From UHGV virus genome UHGV-0038722: a stretch of DNA of 29,986 nt, one strand, 5' to 3'. The DNA is from a virus. Within the stretch, counting starts at the first letter, position 1, and the number at the start of each line of letters is the position of its first letter. The position numbers were made by a program, and so were the translations under genes. The notes below the pieces were generated by a model. The model searched no databases. It saw only the letters and a list, made by a program, of their open reading frames with translations, and was not told the DNA's origin. This document shows positions 1 through 9,112 of the stretch, one piece after another.

Positions 1-698
1 GTTAATGTCACATCTCCTTTATCATTATAATTATAGAACAATGTATAACGCTCATTTATAGATTCAGAACCTGATGAGCCTCCTCTCCTCCACCACTCTG
101 CATTATCAAAAATAAGTAATCCTGGACCATAATATTTTCCCTTCTGACCCAAGATCATAGGAGTCGATAATCGCCACCTTCCCTCTGGAACATATACATC
201 GATCCCAGTTCTTTCTGCGTCTTTAAACGATTCATCACATAATAAAACACCACCTTCAACAGCACCAAATCCACGAACATCACCATTATCTCTCCATCGA
301 GCCATTTGCAACTCAGGATACTTCTTAGCGCCATCAATGTCTTCTAATTGGTCCCGCAGCTGATCAGGATCATACTTCAGTACATTAGGAAAATAGAACT
401 GCTGAGCACCGTAAGCATCATATACAGCCATAGAATGGCCTTGCACAGTTACGAACTTGGCAATCTGTCCGTTATATACAGGGTAACCAGCAGCGTTAAG
501 GATGATTGGTTGTGAAACAGGAATGTGAGAACCATCTTCACTCTCTACATAAACCTGAATCTGGTTTTCAGGATTTACCGGGTCAGTGTCAATTTTACCG
601 ATATAAATTTTGCCATTAGCTACGGCTTTAAAAGAGCGAGCCATAGTGAAGAGTTGCGATGGCATCCCAATTACAACATTTGGGGTTATATTAGGCAT
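1..698 (-). CDS. Tailspike protein, 5' part only (gene continues beyond window start); P22 gp9-like head-binding domain followed by divergent sequence
   Basis: Minus-strand frame open from ATG at 698 to position 1 (hand-translated, not in ORF track); N-terminus MPNITPNVV...[37 protein letters not shown]...[15 protein letters not shown]...NVLKYDPDQ matches P22 tailspike head-binding domain from memory; AGGA SD 8 nt upstream. Confidence 0.85.
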   Translation of the reverse strand, partial: MPNITPNVVIGMPSQLFTMARSFKAVANGKIYIGKIDTDPVNPENQIQVYVESEDGSHIPVSQPIILNAAGYPVYNGQIAKFVTVQGHSMAVYDAYGAQQFYFPNVLKYDPDQLRDQLEDIDGAKKYPELQMARWRDNGDVRGFGAVEGGVLLCDESFKDAERTGIDVYVPEGRWRLSTPMILGQKGKYYGPGLLIFDNAEWWRRGGSSGSESINERYTLFYNYNDKGDVTL

Positions 699-1033
699 AT
701 TAGTCATCCTGTTTGAAAACTTAGAAATTGAATAAAAAGGAATGACTGTAGACAAAGATGCAAGTGTTTTGAAAAATAATCTTCTATTCATTTTAAATCA
801 TGCAACACAAAAAAACGATTATTTTACAACGAGCAAGAATCTTGATCAACAGACATATATTTTAATTGCTGAATACGTCACTTAAAAATGACAAGTACTA
901 CTTTTATTCCTATCGTCCATGATTTTAATTTTCAAATATTATTAAATAACAATTCCTATTTATAATGTCTGTCATTTAATTTGCTCCAGATACAAGGAAT
1001 GGCCGCAGCATGGCTACGGTGAATTTTGGGCAT

Positions 1034-1056
1034 AAAAAAACCCAGCCGAAGCTGGG
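1034..1056 (-). terminator. Rho-independent terminator downstream of ant
   Basis: Perfect hairpin cccagc-cgaa-gctggg (1041-1056) followed on the minus strand by a 7-nt T run (1034-1040). Confidence 0.75.
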
Positions 1057-1075
1057 TCGTTGCGTTGGTTATCTG

Positions 1076-1999
1076 TCAGTAGTTATGAACTGAAGGAGGT
1101 AATTCTTTATTCTTAAGTCTCATCCATGCGGAAAGATTCGTTGGTCCGTCTGGCTCATTGATATCAACATCTCGTGTGTGATTGATTAAAACGTCTCTTG
1201 CCATATCGATAATACGGGAGAACTCATAACCGCAGTCATGACATCTGCCGGAATAGTTCGATTGAATTTGTTTTAGTGCCGGATACAGTTCGCGGAATAA
1301 TGCCTGTGAGCGGTTGGCATAATCCCATAACCATACAAGGCTGTTTGCTTCTTTTGCAGAAAGCTCGTTTGCTTTCTTCTCTTGTTTGCCGATTAACTCG
1401 CCTTCAAGCGGAACGCGAGCTGCAAGTGACAGAGCTTCGGTAAACTGCTCATCGCTGATTTCTTTGTATGAACACCCAAAACGAGATTTCAGTGACGACC
1501 ACATGGTGATCATCGCCTTAGCCTGCTTTTCTTTTGGCAGAGACTGACCGCGACTCATGACGAGTTGTTTAATGGCTTCCTGCTGTTCAGTGGTGATTTT
1601 ACCCGGCAACGCCTTTTTAGCTTTGCGTGGGTTAACTACATGGCCTTTAGTCCAGTAGTCGTAGAGCACATCGTCACACTCTTCCTGATACTGGATTACC
1701 TTGTCGCGGATTTCAGGGCGGACTTTGTTAGGACTGATGCTGTTCAACCAAGCTGCCAATTTTCGTAAAGCCATACAAATCATGGCTTGCACCCCACCGG
1801 CAGAAGGTATGGTGATTTCCACCATACCCTTCGAGAAGCGTTGAGAAATCTTCTTATGTTGAGATTTCCAGTCTAGCCCCATTCCCTCAACGATAGGTTT
1901 CATTGGGGTATACGGTTCGCCGTTGTGATTGACAACATAAAGCTCTGCGCCGTGGAATGGTACATTGATAGTAGATACTGCTGTTGCTATACTTTTCAT
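1076..1999 (-). CDS. ant: Antirepressor Ant-like protein (AntA-type N-terminal domain, Cys-containing C-terminal region)
   Basis: 307-aa ORF; N-terminal region resembles AntA/Ant antirepressor domain; located after arc as in P22 immI; AGGAA SD upstream. Confidence 0.7.
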   Translation of the reverse strand: MKSIATAVSTINVPFHGAELYVVNHNGEPYTPMKPIVEGMGLDWKSQHKKISQRFSKGMVEITIPSAGGVQAMICMALRKLAAWLNSISPNKVRPEIRDKVIQYQEECDDVLYDYWTKGHVVNPRKAKKALPGKITTEQQEAIKQLVMSRGQSLPKEKQAKAMITMWSSLKSRFGCSYKEISDEQFTEALSLAARVPLEGELIGKQEKKANELSAKEANSLVWLWDYANRSQALFRELYPALKQIQSNYSGRCHDCGYEFSRIIDMARDVLINHTRDVDINEPDGPTNLSAWMRLKNKELPPSVHNY

Positions 2000-2066
2000 G
2001 TCGTTAATTCCTATGCGTGGTTTTACGATACCGAAGCCCTGACTGTTACCGCAGTTGGGGCTTCAA
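1997..2066 (+). ncRNA. Putative sar-like antisense RNA covering the ant start codon and RBS
   Basis: Plus-strand sigma70 promoter (-35 TTGATA 1965-1970, 17-bp spacer, -10 TATACT 1988-1993) firing antisense into ant start; hairpin 2033-2064 followed by U-rich stretch; architecture matches P22 sar (inference). Confidence 0.35.
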
Positions 2067-2266
2067 CTTTCTGCTCTATCAGTTATATCTTTCCCTTCAT
2101 ATACTTCACCTATATTGCTAATGCTGGCAGAACATCCAAGATGCTTGTATCTTATGATGTCCAACACGCAGTCACTACACAGCATCCGACCTGTTTCTTT
2201 AGAGTAAATGTATGTTTGATCAGCGTCTGATTCGCTAATGCCGCAGAAACAACATTCTTTACTCAT
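2063..2266 (-). CDS. Small cysteine-rich (zinc-ribbon-like) protein between arc and ant, unknown function
   Basis: 67-aa ORF with CCFCG...CSDC motifs; ATGA start/stop overlap with arc indicating translational coupling. Confidence 0.55.
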   Translation of the reverse strand: MSKECCFCGISESDADQTYIYSKETGRMLCSDCVLDIIRYKHLGCSASISNIGEVYEGKDITDRAES

Positions 2267-2403
2267 ACCGTTATCCCCTCTCTCTTCAGGCTGTCCATCA
2301 CCCGTTTAATTACTTCTGCACTAAATGAGCGACACTCTTCCTTTGCTTTCTCTTCAAGGATTTTTTCTAACTTCTCTGGCATACGCAGTGTTTTTACCTT
2401 CAT
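2263..2403 (-). CDS. arc: Arc-like ribbon-helix-helix repressor
   Basis: 46-aa ORF (below ORF-track size cutoff; hand-translated MKVKTLRMPEKLEKILEEKAKEECRSFSAEVIKRVMDSLKREGITV); resembles P22 Arc (RSVNSEIYQRVMESFKKEG); GGAGG SD; divergent from mnt. Confidence 0.75.
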   Translation of the reverse strand: MKVKTLRMPEKLEKILEEKAKEECRSFSAEVIKRVMDSLKREGITV

Positions 2404-2415
2404 TGCATCCTCCGT

Positions 2416-2480
2416 TGTATGTGGTACGCATACATAGTATTTAGGTACGCATTGATAGTCAATAGATACCTACATATCCT
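2416..2480. promoter_or_regulatory. Divergent overlapping promoters Pant (minus) and Pmnt (plus) with two operator-like inverted repeats
   Basis: Pant: -35 TTGACT (2457-2462) and -10 TACTAT (2434-2439) on minus strand, 17-bp spacer; Pmnt: -35 TTGATA (2452-2457), -10 TATCCT (2475-2480); inverted repeats tgtatg-N7-cataca (2416-2434) and attga-TAG-tcaat (2451-2463). Confidence 0.6.
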
Positions 2481-2508
2481 GTGGTAAAAAATTATTCAGG
2501 ATGTGCCG

Positions 2509-2760
2509 ATGTCTGATCGTAAGTACAAAAACCCTCAAGTGAATCTGAGGCTTCCTGTAGAGATAAAGGAGCGTCTTATTGAACTGGCTGAGGCTAATTC
2601 TCGTTCATTAAATGCTGAGATGGTCGCGGCACTTGAAGCGTGGACCGAAAAAAATAAACACATTCAAGCACTAGACCTTGCAACTATAGCATCACGATTG
2701 ATAGATCTTGAACGCGATGTTGAGACGCTAAAGACCATGTATGGTAAGGATGAAAAATGA
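2509..2760 (+). CDS. mnt: Mnt-like ribbon-helix-helix repressor
   Basis: RHH N-terminus (PQVNLRLPVEIKERLIELAEANSRSLNAEMVAAL) plus C-terminal helical region; divergent from arc as in P22 immI; ORF track starts at 2503, AGGA SD favours ATG 2509. Confidence 0.75.
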   Translation: MSDRKYKNPQVNLRLPVEIKERLIELAEANSRSLNAEMVAALEAWTEKNKHIQALDLATIASRLIDLERDVETLKTMYGKDEK

Positions 2761-3122
2761 GTGACAATTCAGGATACTCAGACGATCAACTGCGAGAGGC
2801 TGAATATCGCAAGGCGCTATCGTCTATAACTACAAAGGTTCTCGACTCTTTCTTGAGAGCTAAAGGTGTTCCAGACGAATGCCCAATGTGCGGGCAGTCT
2901 GAAATGGTTGTCCCTCAAGTTCAATTTGTAAATCAGGATAATGGAAAAGACATCATGGGTAGGCATGCCCATTATGGTGAATATATAAAAAACGAAGATG
3001 AATCATTCAACCCAATAAATTACTCTTATCATGTAATTTGCAAGCATTGCGGATACATTATGCAGTACAACACAGGTGTTGTGTTAAGCTGGTATCTAAG
3101 GGAGAAAAACAGCAATGTCTAA
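2757..3122 (+). CDS. Hypothetical zinc-ribbon protein, first gene of mnt-coupled accessory cassette
   Basis: 121-aa ORF; ATGA overlap with mnt stop; CPMCG and CKHCG motifs; no family recognised. Confidence 0.6.
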   Translation: MSDNSGYSDDQLREAEYRKALSSITTKVLDSFLRAKGVPDECPMCGQSEMVVPQVQFVNQDNGKDIMGRHAHYGEYIKNEDESFNPINYSYHVICKHCGYIMQYNTGVVLSWYLREKNSNV

Positions 3123-3450
3123 GTTGAAGTTGGCTTACGATGCTGACAATCCTTTTCCGAATAGCGAATTTGCCCCCATCGGAATTGAAGACTCAGAAGA
3201 GCCAGCACATGGAGGTGGCAATGGAGGAGGATCAGATATGAACAGTAGAATGACCCGCATTGAAACGATTGCCGCCAACCAAGAAAAGCTAATATCAGAA
3301 ACTAGAAAAGAGTTGATTGGCATCCGTGGCGACATGCACGGAATGGAGCGTCGCCTAGCAGATAAGATGGACGAGAATCAGAAGTGGCTTATCGCCCTCA
3401 TGATATCTGCAATCCTTGCTCCGCTGTTTATTGCCTTGGTTACCAAATAG
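3115..3450 (+). CDS. Hypothetical tail-anchored membrane protein (C-terminal TM helix)
   Basis: 111-aa ORF overlapping upstream gene by 8 nt; GGGAG SD; Gly-rich linker GGGNGGG; hydrophobic C-terminus WLIALMISAILAPLFIALV. Confidence 0.6.
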   Translation: MSKLKLAYDADNPFPNSEFAPIGIEDSEEPAHGGGNGGGSDMNSRMTRIETIAANQEKLISETRKELIGIRGDMHGMERRLADKMDENQKWLIALMISAILAPLFIALVTK

Positions 3451-3471
3451 CTACTAACTAAGGAGATTTGT

Positions 3472-3795
3472 GTGTATACAACAGTTATCGTGATAGCTAT
3501 CGCACTCATTGTGGTTCAGTACCAACTGGCATCTTTAAAACAAAAGATATCTGACCTCAAGACTGAGAACGAAGCACTTAAAAACTCAATAAAAGATGAG
3601 AAGAACAAACTATCATTCACTATATCTGATATTGAGCAATCCATTGAAATTATTGAGAATAATATTAACAGACTAAAAAAAGAAGATATTCATGAAATCA
3701 ATGACAATATCAAGGATTTGAAATCTTGGCTTAGGAATGTAGGACAAATCGCCACATCAACACGAGATAAGCTCAATCCATCCATGGATGATTAA
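3472..3795 (+). CDS. Hypothetical membrane-anchored coiled-coil protein (N-terminal TM helix)
   Basis: 107-aa ORF, GTG start with AGGAG SD 6 nt upstream; N-terminal TM YTTVIVIAIALIVV then K/E/N-rich heptad-like sequence; strongly AT-rich. Confidence 0.55.
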   Translation: MYTTVIVIAIALIVVQYQLASLKQKISDLKTENEALKNSIKDEKNKLSFTISDIEQSIEIIENNINRLKKEDIHEINDNIKDLKSWLRNVGQIATSTRDKLNPSMDD

Positions 3796-5922
3796 TTACT
3801 CCTGTGCTATTCCGCTTAGCGACGCTACAATGCCAGCCCTCGCTAAGCGATTGAACTCTTCGTTTCCAACTGCATCACGTATTGCTTTTACGGCGGCTTT
3901 ATTTGCCATAAATCTGCGTTCCGCCGCCGCTAATGCTTCTTTACTTCCGCCAGCTCTTACTGCTTTCGTGGCTTCCTGAACTGCTTTCTCTATCGCATAT
4001 CGACCGCTACGCGTGGTGGCAATTTTAGATACAGCACCTTTTAACCCGGCGCCAACTAAAGCACCCGCGGCAGCGCCTGCAATACCCCCTCCAGCGCCAC
4101 CAACAATGGCACCTGATGTTGAGTTGGCAATTGCATTTAACACTGTTGATGTGACGTTGGATAAACCAGCATCCAGATCGCGTAGTACATTGGCAGTTCT
4201 CCCTGTTCTTTCAATATACTGCTGAGGTTTCACTGCCGCTCTTGCAAGAGTGCCATATGCATCAGCAATTCTTCCGAGATCTGAGGAATATCTGCTAATG
4301 GCTTTTACATTTTGTGGGGTAAGTATCCCTGCGATATGGTTAATTCCTGCTGCATCAGCTTTGCCACCACGTACACCATGCGAGATAGCATCTTGCAACA
4401 TTGATGATATAGCAGGAACACGCTCTGATTCTGGCAGCGCGCGGATCATAGAATGGAACCCAGCAGGACCATTAAGACCTTTAGCTGACGATGATTGAAG
4501 GGATTTTACTCCATTCGTAATCAGTGCATCTGTTGCCAAATCACGCCCGAAAACAGACTCTGCACTCTCTTGTGCTGATAACCTCGCTTTAGACAGATCA
4601 TTAGCTTTCTGCCAGTCATCAAGAAATCCGCCGTTTTCCGCCATTGTGCGCATATCATCAGTAATTGCCCGGCGTATTTCCCCTGCTCTCCTTGCCGCAT
4701 TTGCCTCTCCGCTACGCTTATATTTTTGCTCCGCATCAGCAAATTTCGCTCTCCATGCTTTCATGCCATCAAATGTTACTCCACCTTGATTGTTTGCCTG
4801 AACAAACTGTTTCATTTCAGGAGTAAGTGGTATGCCAGCAGATCGCTCTGCCTGAATAACGGCATTACCATTTAGCATTCTTGCTTTTTGATTTGGCATT
4901 GTTGACCGCACGTCATCCCATGCCGCGCGCTCGGCATCCTTCATCTGATCAAGATTTTGAAGAATCCTTTGTTTTATAGCCGCACTTTTTTCTGATGCCG
5001 TTCCAGATGCGGCCCCAAATTCATCAAGGTTTCGACTTAACTTTGATGATATTTCGTTAAATGCTGCCTGATGGGCGTCCTGAACAATTCCTGGTGTTGA
5101 TGCCAATGCGCCTTCAGCTTGTGCAATTCCACGACTTCCAGATCGCATTCCTGGTGTTAATGCGTTTATATCAATTCCAGCAGACTCAGCCGCTTTTGCT
5201 ACATCTTCGGACACATTAGCGGCCTGACTGGCAATTGACTGACGCCCAGCACCTGACTTTGCCATCCTGGAAACATCATTAGCAGAATTCAGTGCTGCAC
5301 CACCAAGAGCCTGTGAAACCCTTGGCGCAATAACGCGCCCGACACCTGAAAGAACGCCTTGAGCACCAATATTGATACCACCGTTAATGGCAGCATTTTG
5401 TGCAAAATCGCCCTCCTGATTTGCAGCATCAGCAAGAGAACCTGCAATCATGTTTCCTGCGGAACCGATATCTCCAGCGAGCTTTGCTGGCGCTCCAGCA
5501 GCTTTTGCCGCTGTGCCAATTGGCAGGAGATACCCACCAATTGTTTCACCGGCTTGCGCGTAAGGGTCTGTCGGTCGATCGACTGGACGATAGACATCAT
5601 CCAATACTTTTGGCCCACCAAGCCCCTGACTGATTGCATTAATCAGACTTGCGCCACCCTGCAATACGTCAAATGGTATGTTTACCAGACCACGACCAGC
5701 CTGTTCTGCAATTTGCCCTGCACTTTGACCACCAGTGAGCCAATCGCCAGCTTGTTGCATCAATGATGGTTCTTCACGCGCTGGTTCATTATTGGCCTGA
5801 TTAACTGTTTGTTGCTGAACAGCCTGACCAGCAAAATACTCATCAATGGCGGTGCCAATATCTTCCGTGCTCGTACCATCAGGGAAGGTAAATGTCTTTC
5901 CGTTTGCAGTTACTTTCATCAT
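3796..5922 (-). CDS. Ejection (injection) protein, P22 gp16-like
   Basis: 708-aa ORF, Gly/Ala-rich; last of gp7-gp20-gp16 triad by position and N-terminal similarity to P22 gp16. Confidence 0.75.
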   Translation of the reverse strand: MMKVTANGKTFTFPDGTSTEDIGTAIDEYFAGQAVQQQTVNQANNEPAREEPSLMQQAGDWLTGGQSAGQIAEQAGRGLVNIPFDVLQGGASLINAISQGLGGPKVLDDVYRPVDRPTDPYAQAGETIGGYLLPIGTAAKAAGAPAKLAGDIGSAGNMIAGSLADAANQEGDFAQNAAINGGINIGAQGVLSGVGRVIAPRVSQALGGAALNSANDVSRMAKSGAGRQSIASQAANVSEDVAKAAESAGIDINALTPGMRSGSRGIAQAEGALASTPGIVQDAHQAAFNEISSKLSRNLDEFGAASGTASEKSAAIKQRILQNLDQMKDAERAAWDDVRSTMPNQKARMLNGNAVIQAERSAGIPLTPEMKQFVQANNQGGVTFDGMKAWRAKFADAEQKYKRSGEANAARRAGEIRRAITDDMRTMAENGGFLDDWQKANDLSKARLSAQESAESVFGRDLATDALITNGVKSLQSSSAKGLNGPAGFHSMIRALPESERVPAISSMLQDAISHGVRGGKADAAGINHIAGILTPQNVKAISRYSSDLGRIADAYGTLARAAVKPQQYIERTGRTANVLRDLDAGLSNVTSTVLNAIANSTSGAIVGGAGGGIAGAAAGALVGAGLKGAVSKIATTRSGRYAIEKAVQEATKAVRAGGSKEALAAAERRFMANKAAVKAIRDAVGNEEFNRLARAGIVASLSGIAQE

Positions 5923-7250
5923 TCCACCGTAAATTGAATGCCTGATTTTGAGGTATATGATCCGGATTGACTCTGCTGCTGTTGGGTATTTGTCGGTTGT
6001 TGGTTATTGCTCTGTTGTTGCGCAGGCTGCTGAATATCTTCATACAGCTTGGCTTTTCTGGATTGCAATTGCTTAGTTAGTCCGCTGGGGAGAGAATCTC
6101 CATAAGTTGAAAGATAATCATCCATTTGCTGGTTAAACTTTTCGCCTTCAGTATTTGCCATCAGTTTTGAGGTGTTGATTAAGTCTTGGACTTGCTCATT
6201 ATTCAGCATCTTGCCGTTAGATAATTGGCTAACATAGTTACCAAGTGTGCCAAATATTCCATCAGTGCGTTTTACCTGCACTTGCTCACCTTCGCGTACC
6301 ACAGATTGCGGATCCAGCGATTTCATATAGTTGAAAATCATTCCCAACTGCGCGGCTGGAGTGTTGCGCTTCCCAAGGGCTTGTAGGTTGTCAGAAGCAC
6401 TGCGCATTGCAGAATAATTCTTTGAGAACCCATTAATATCACTATTCAGATCTCGAACAAGTTTTGGGTCAATCTTTCCGCTTTCCTGTTGTTTCATCCC
6501 TAATTCCTGCAACTTCAGGGCTACGTTATCATTATGCATTTGTGCCCGCTGAGCCCTGTCTAGTTGAGCGTTTTGGATATTTGCCCATCCTCTCGCGTTC
6601 TCCATGTCAGCCTGACGGATGCTTTCATCCAATCGCCCTTTCTCAAGTTGGCGACCAACCATCTTATCCTGATAATCCAGCATTTTATCCGGACCAACAG
6701 CCCCTAGCGTCATAGTAGTCAGCATGTGTGATAGCTGCTCTGGATTCTGAATACCTGTCTGAATCATCCAGTCAGCATTCGCCCCCACGCGATTTAACCT
6801 GTCCTTGTTGTCAGTAATGAATTTACTGTAGGCTTCCGGTCCCTGAGAAAGAGCGACGTTAGCCCTCATGGCTAAATCGCCCATATCGTTGCGTTGCTGC
6901 TCATTAAGACCGGAAAACGCCTGTTGTGCCTGCGCAACAAACGCTGGATTTTCCTTGGCAAACTTAAATAGTCCCGATGGATCACCAGAAGCCCATGCAT
7001 CAGCATGAACCTTATTGAACGCATTAATCGCTTTCTGTTGCTGTTCCTGCTTATAAATATCAGCAACTCCAGCCAGACCACGTAACGCGGTCAGACCAAC
7101 GTTATTTGCACCTGAGCGAGCCAGTTCATTGTTTTCGCGGATCAGACCAAGCGTTGCGTTAATGTCGCTTGCCTTTGGCGCATTCTCATTTTGCGTACCG
7201 ATGCCAGCCAGAAAACCACCAGAATTAATACCCTGTTGCCACGTAGCCAT
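5919..7250 (-). CDS. Ejection protein, P22 gp20-like
   Basis: 443-aa ORF between gp7-like and gp16-like genes; Q-rich C-terminus; overlaps gp16 start by 4 nt. Confidence 0.75.
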   Translation of the reverse strand: MATWQQGINSGGFLAGIGTQNENAPKASDINATLGLIRENNELARSGANNVGLTALRGLAGVADIYKQEQQQKAINAFNKVHADAWASGDPSGLFKFAKENPAFVAQAQQAFSGLNEQQRNDMGDLAMRANVALSQGPEAYSKFITDNKDRLNRVGANADWMIQTGIQNPEQLSHMLTTMTLGAVGPDKMLDYQDKMVGRQLEKGRLDESIRQADMENARGWANIQNAQLDRAQRAQMHNDNVALKLQELGMKQQESGKIDPKLVRDLNSDINGFSKNYSAMRSASDNLQALGKRNTPAAQLGMIFNYMKSLDPQSVVREGEQVQVKRTDGIFGTLGNYVSQLSNGKMLNNEQVQDLINTSKLMANTEGEKFNQQMDDYLSTYGDSLPSGLTKQLQSRKAKLYEDIQQPAQQQSNNQQPTNTQQQQSQSGSYTSKSGIQFTVE

Positions 7251-7260
7251 TGATTAACCC

Positions 7261-7953
7261 TTAAAACAGTGAACCAAGCAGACCAAGACCAGCACCAATA
7301 CCAGCACCCCACGGAGTTGATAGCTCGAGAGCACTGGCTATGCCACCACCCAAAAGCGCACCGGATGCAGCACCACTAACCCCCTGCTGCAATGCTGACG
7401 GTCGGTTGGCGTTTGCCGCAGCCAGCGCCGCGCTTTGCTGTGAAATCTGACTCATGTTGTTGGCATATGTTTGCCCGGCGTTTGTCTGCCCCTGAAGAGC
7501 GCCAAGACCGATATTTGCCAGGTTGTTGTAATTGTTCATTTGTCCAGATAGCCATTGCTGACCAAGCGTTGGTGCGATTGTTGCTAACTGATTACTGGTT
7601 GCGGTGGAACCCAATCCACCTGTTGCTTCCGCTGCCGCCAGACTCTGATAGCGAGCCTGACCTGCAAGGTCTTTATACTGCTGAGAGTTGTAATACTGGT
7701 TAAGTGCCTGACCTTGCCCATCCAGAGACGATAAGTTCTCGAGGCTGCCGACATACTTCTCAGCCAGAGGAGTAAACGGCTTCAGGTTATTCATGATGGT
7801 GTTGAACTGCTGATTTTGCAGGTCTGCGGCATACTTCTGAGCTTCTGCGGCATACTTTGCACTTTTATCAGAACTGCCACCTTTCCCGCCTTTTTCAGGG
7901 CAATAAGGTTCCTCGCCGCGCAGTTTTCTGCCCAGCTTAAATGCATATAACAT
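7261..7953 (-). CDS. Ejection protein, P22 gp7-like
   Basis: 230-aa ORF; N-terminus MLYAFKLGRKLRGEEPYCPEKGGKGGSS and length match P22 gp7 from memory. Confidence 0.8.
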   Translation of the reverse strand: MLYAFKLGRKLRGEEPYCPEKGGKGGSSDKSAKYAAEAQKYAADLQNQQFNTIMNNLKPFTPLAEKYVGSLENLSSLDGQGQALNQYYNSQQYKDLAGQARYQSLAAAEATGGLGSTATSNQLATIAPTLGQQWLSGQMNNYNNLANIGLGALQGQTNAGQTYANNMSQISQQSAALAAANANRPSALQQGVSGAASGALLGGGIASALELSTPWGAGIGAGLGLLGSLF

Positions 7954-7955
7954 GG

Positions 7956-8411
7956 CTATCTCCCGTGATTCAGGAAGTCGATTAGTTCTTCGCGTGTAGC
8001 ACTGTAAAATGTCACGTCATCCACGCCTTTGAAGTATTTCTTGATGGTTCCTACACGCTTAAGGCCAATCATTGCGCAGTACATCTGCCCGTGGCGGAAT
8101 TTGCGTGCAGCGAACGATGTGACGCACTGAACGGTGGTGTTAGTCAGAATGTATCGCCAGAACGCCAGCCCGATTTCCTTGCTGAAGCCGCGAATCTCTG
8201 GCAGGTACATGGCGTGGCAATCAAAGGTCAGCGGCTGAATCTCCTGATAGTAAACAATGCCGCCGAACTGCCCGTGCACGCTCACCTCAAAGTAACGGCA
8301 TTCAGGTTTGTAGTCGTATCCATCGCCGTTGTTGCTACCGGCGATAATGTCAGGGTGATTTCCTACTGCTTCGATCAGGTCGATGTTTCGCGTTGGTTTG
8401 AATGTAATCAT
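7956..8411 (-). CDS. P22 gp14-like virion assembly/ejection-associated protein
   Basis: 151-aa ORF at the gene-14 position between tail needle and gp7; assignment by position. Confidence 0.5.
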   Translation of the reverse strand: MITFKPTRNIDLIEAVGNHPDIIAGSNNGDGYDYKPECRYFEVSVHGQFGGIVYYQEIQPLTFDCHAMYLPEIRGFSKEIGLAFWRYILTNTTVQCVTSFAARKFRHGQMYCAMIGLKRVGTIKKYFKGVDDVTFYSATREELIDFLNHGR

Positions 8412-9112
8412 CAGTCAATCAGCCCATGTAATCTAAGTGCCGTTTCAAGCGCCAGAATACGCTGCCGCGCCTGCTGCAAACCTGTAGCGAGAGCTGCGAC
8501 TTCGGATTGCGTGTACGTAGTGCCGACAGTGTATGACTGGTTTGCGTTGAATGAGCCAAGAAGTGGCGTACCTGTGGCTGCAGTCCATCCGGTCTGCCTT
8601 GCTCCAACGACCTGAATTCCATCAACTGAATATGATGTTTTTACATCCAGCGGTGACGCAAGAGACTGCGATTCGGTTACGGTTTTCGATACGTAATCAC
8701 TCTTAATGTCAGATACATCGCTTTCTACGCCATCCAGTCTTTGGTCAACAGTGACCAGATGCGCCTGAATATCGATAACCTCATCCAGCAAGTAATCAAC
8801 ATCGCTACGCAGTACGACTATCTTCCCTTCGGCAGTTGTTAACCTGACCTCAAGGAGATTTATCGCTTTTGTGTTTGCGGTGATTCTTGCATCGTGATCT
8901 GCCAGTTCGACGTCCTGTTCATCGTTTTTCACTTGAGCATCATAAGCGCCCTGACCAGCCTGATTTGCCTTCCCAGCAATCGCACCGACATCAGCACCCT
9001 GATTTATGACATACAGCAGGTAAGACTGGCTGAATATATTGCGTGGCAAAATTGAAGCATCAAGGCGCGTAGCCTGAACCACGACAGGATCATTCAGTGA
9101 TGAATCAGCCAT
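8411..9112 (-). CDS. Tail needle protein, P22 gp26-like
   Basis: 233 aa from internal Met ([25 protein letters not shown]...[27 protein letters not shown]); matches P22 gp26 in sequence and length; stop/start overlap TAATG with gp10. Confidence 0.85.
   Translation of the reverse strand: MADSSLNDPVVVQATRLDASILPRNIFSQSYLLYVINQGADVGAIAGKANQAGQGAYDAQVKNDEQDVELADHDARITANTKAINLLEVRLTTAEGKIVVLRSDVDYLLDEVIDIQAHLVTVDQRLDGVESDVSDIKSDYVSKTVTESQSLASPLDVKTSYSVDGIQVVGARQTGWTAATGTPLLGSFNANQSYTVGTTYTQSEVAALATGLQQARQRILALETALRLHGLID

Noticed and set aside
525-716. 63-aa plus-strand ORF
   Set aside because: Lies antisense inside the conserved tailspike head-binding domain coding region; no SD
708-791. In-frame 28-codon upstream extension of the tailspike ORF ([28 protein letters not shown]) with a Tat-like RRxF motif
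   Set aside because: P22 tailspike aligns from MPNITPNVV (698), which has a proper SD; the extension lies in AT-rich intergenic DNA and tailspikes are not secreted, so the open frame is most likely fortuitous
8091-8615. 174-aa plus-strand ORF
   Set aside because: Antisense across the gp14-like and tail needle genes
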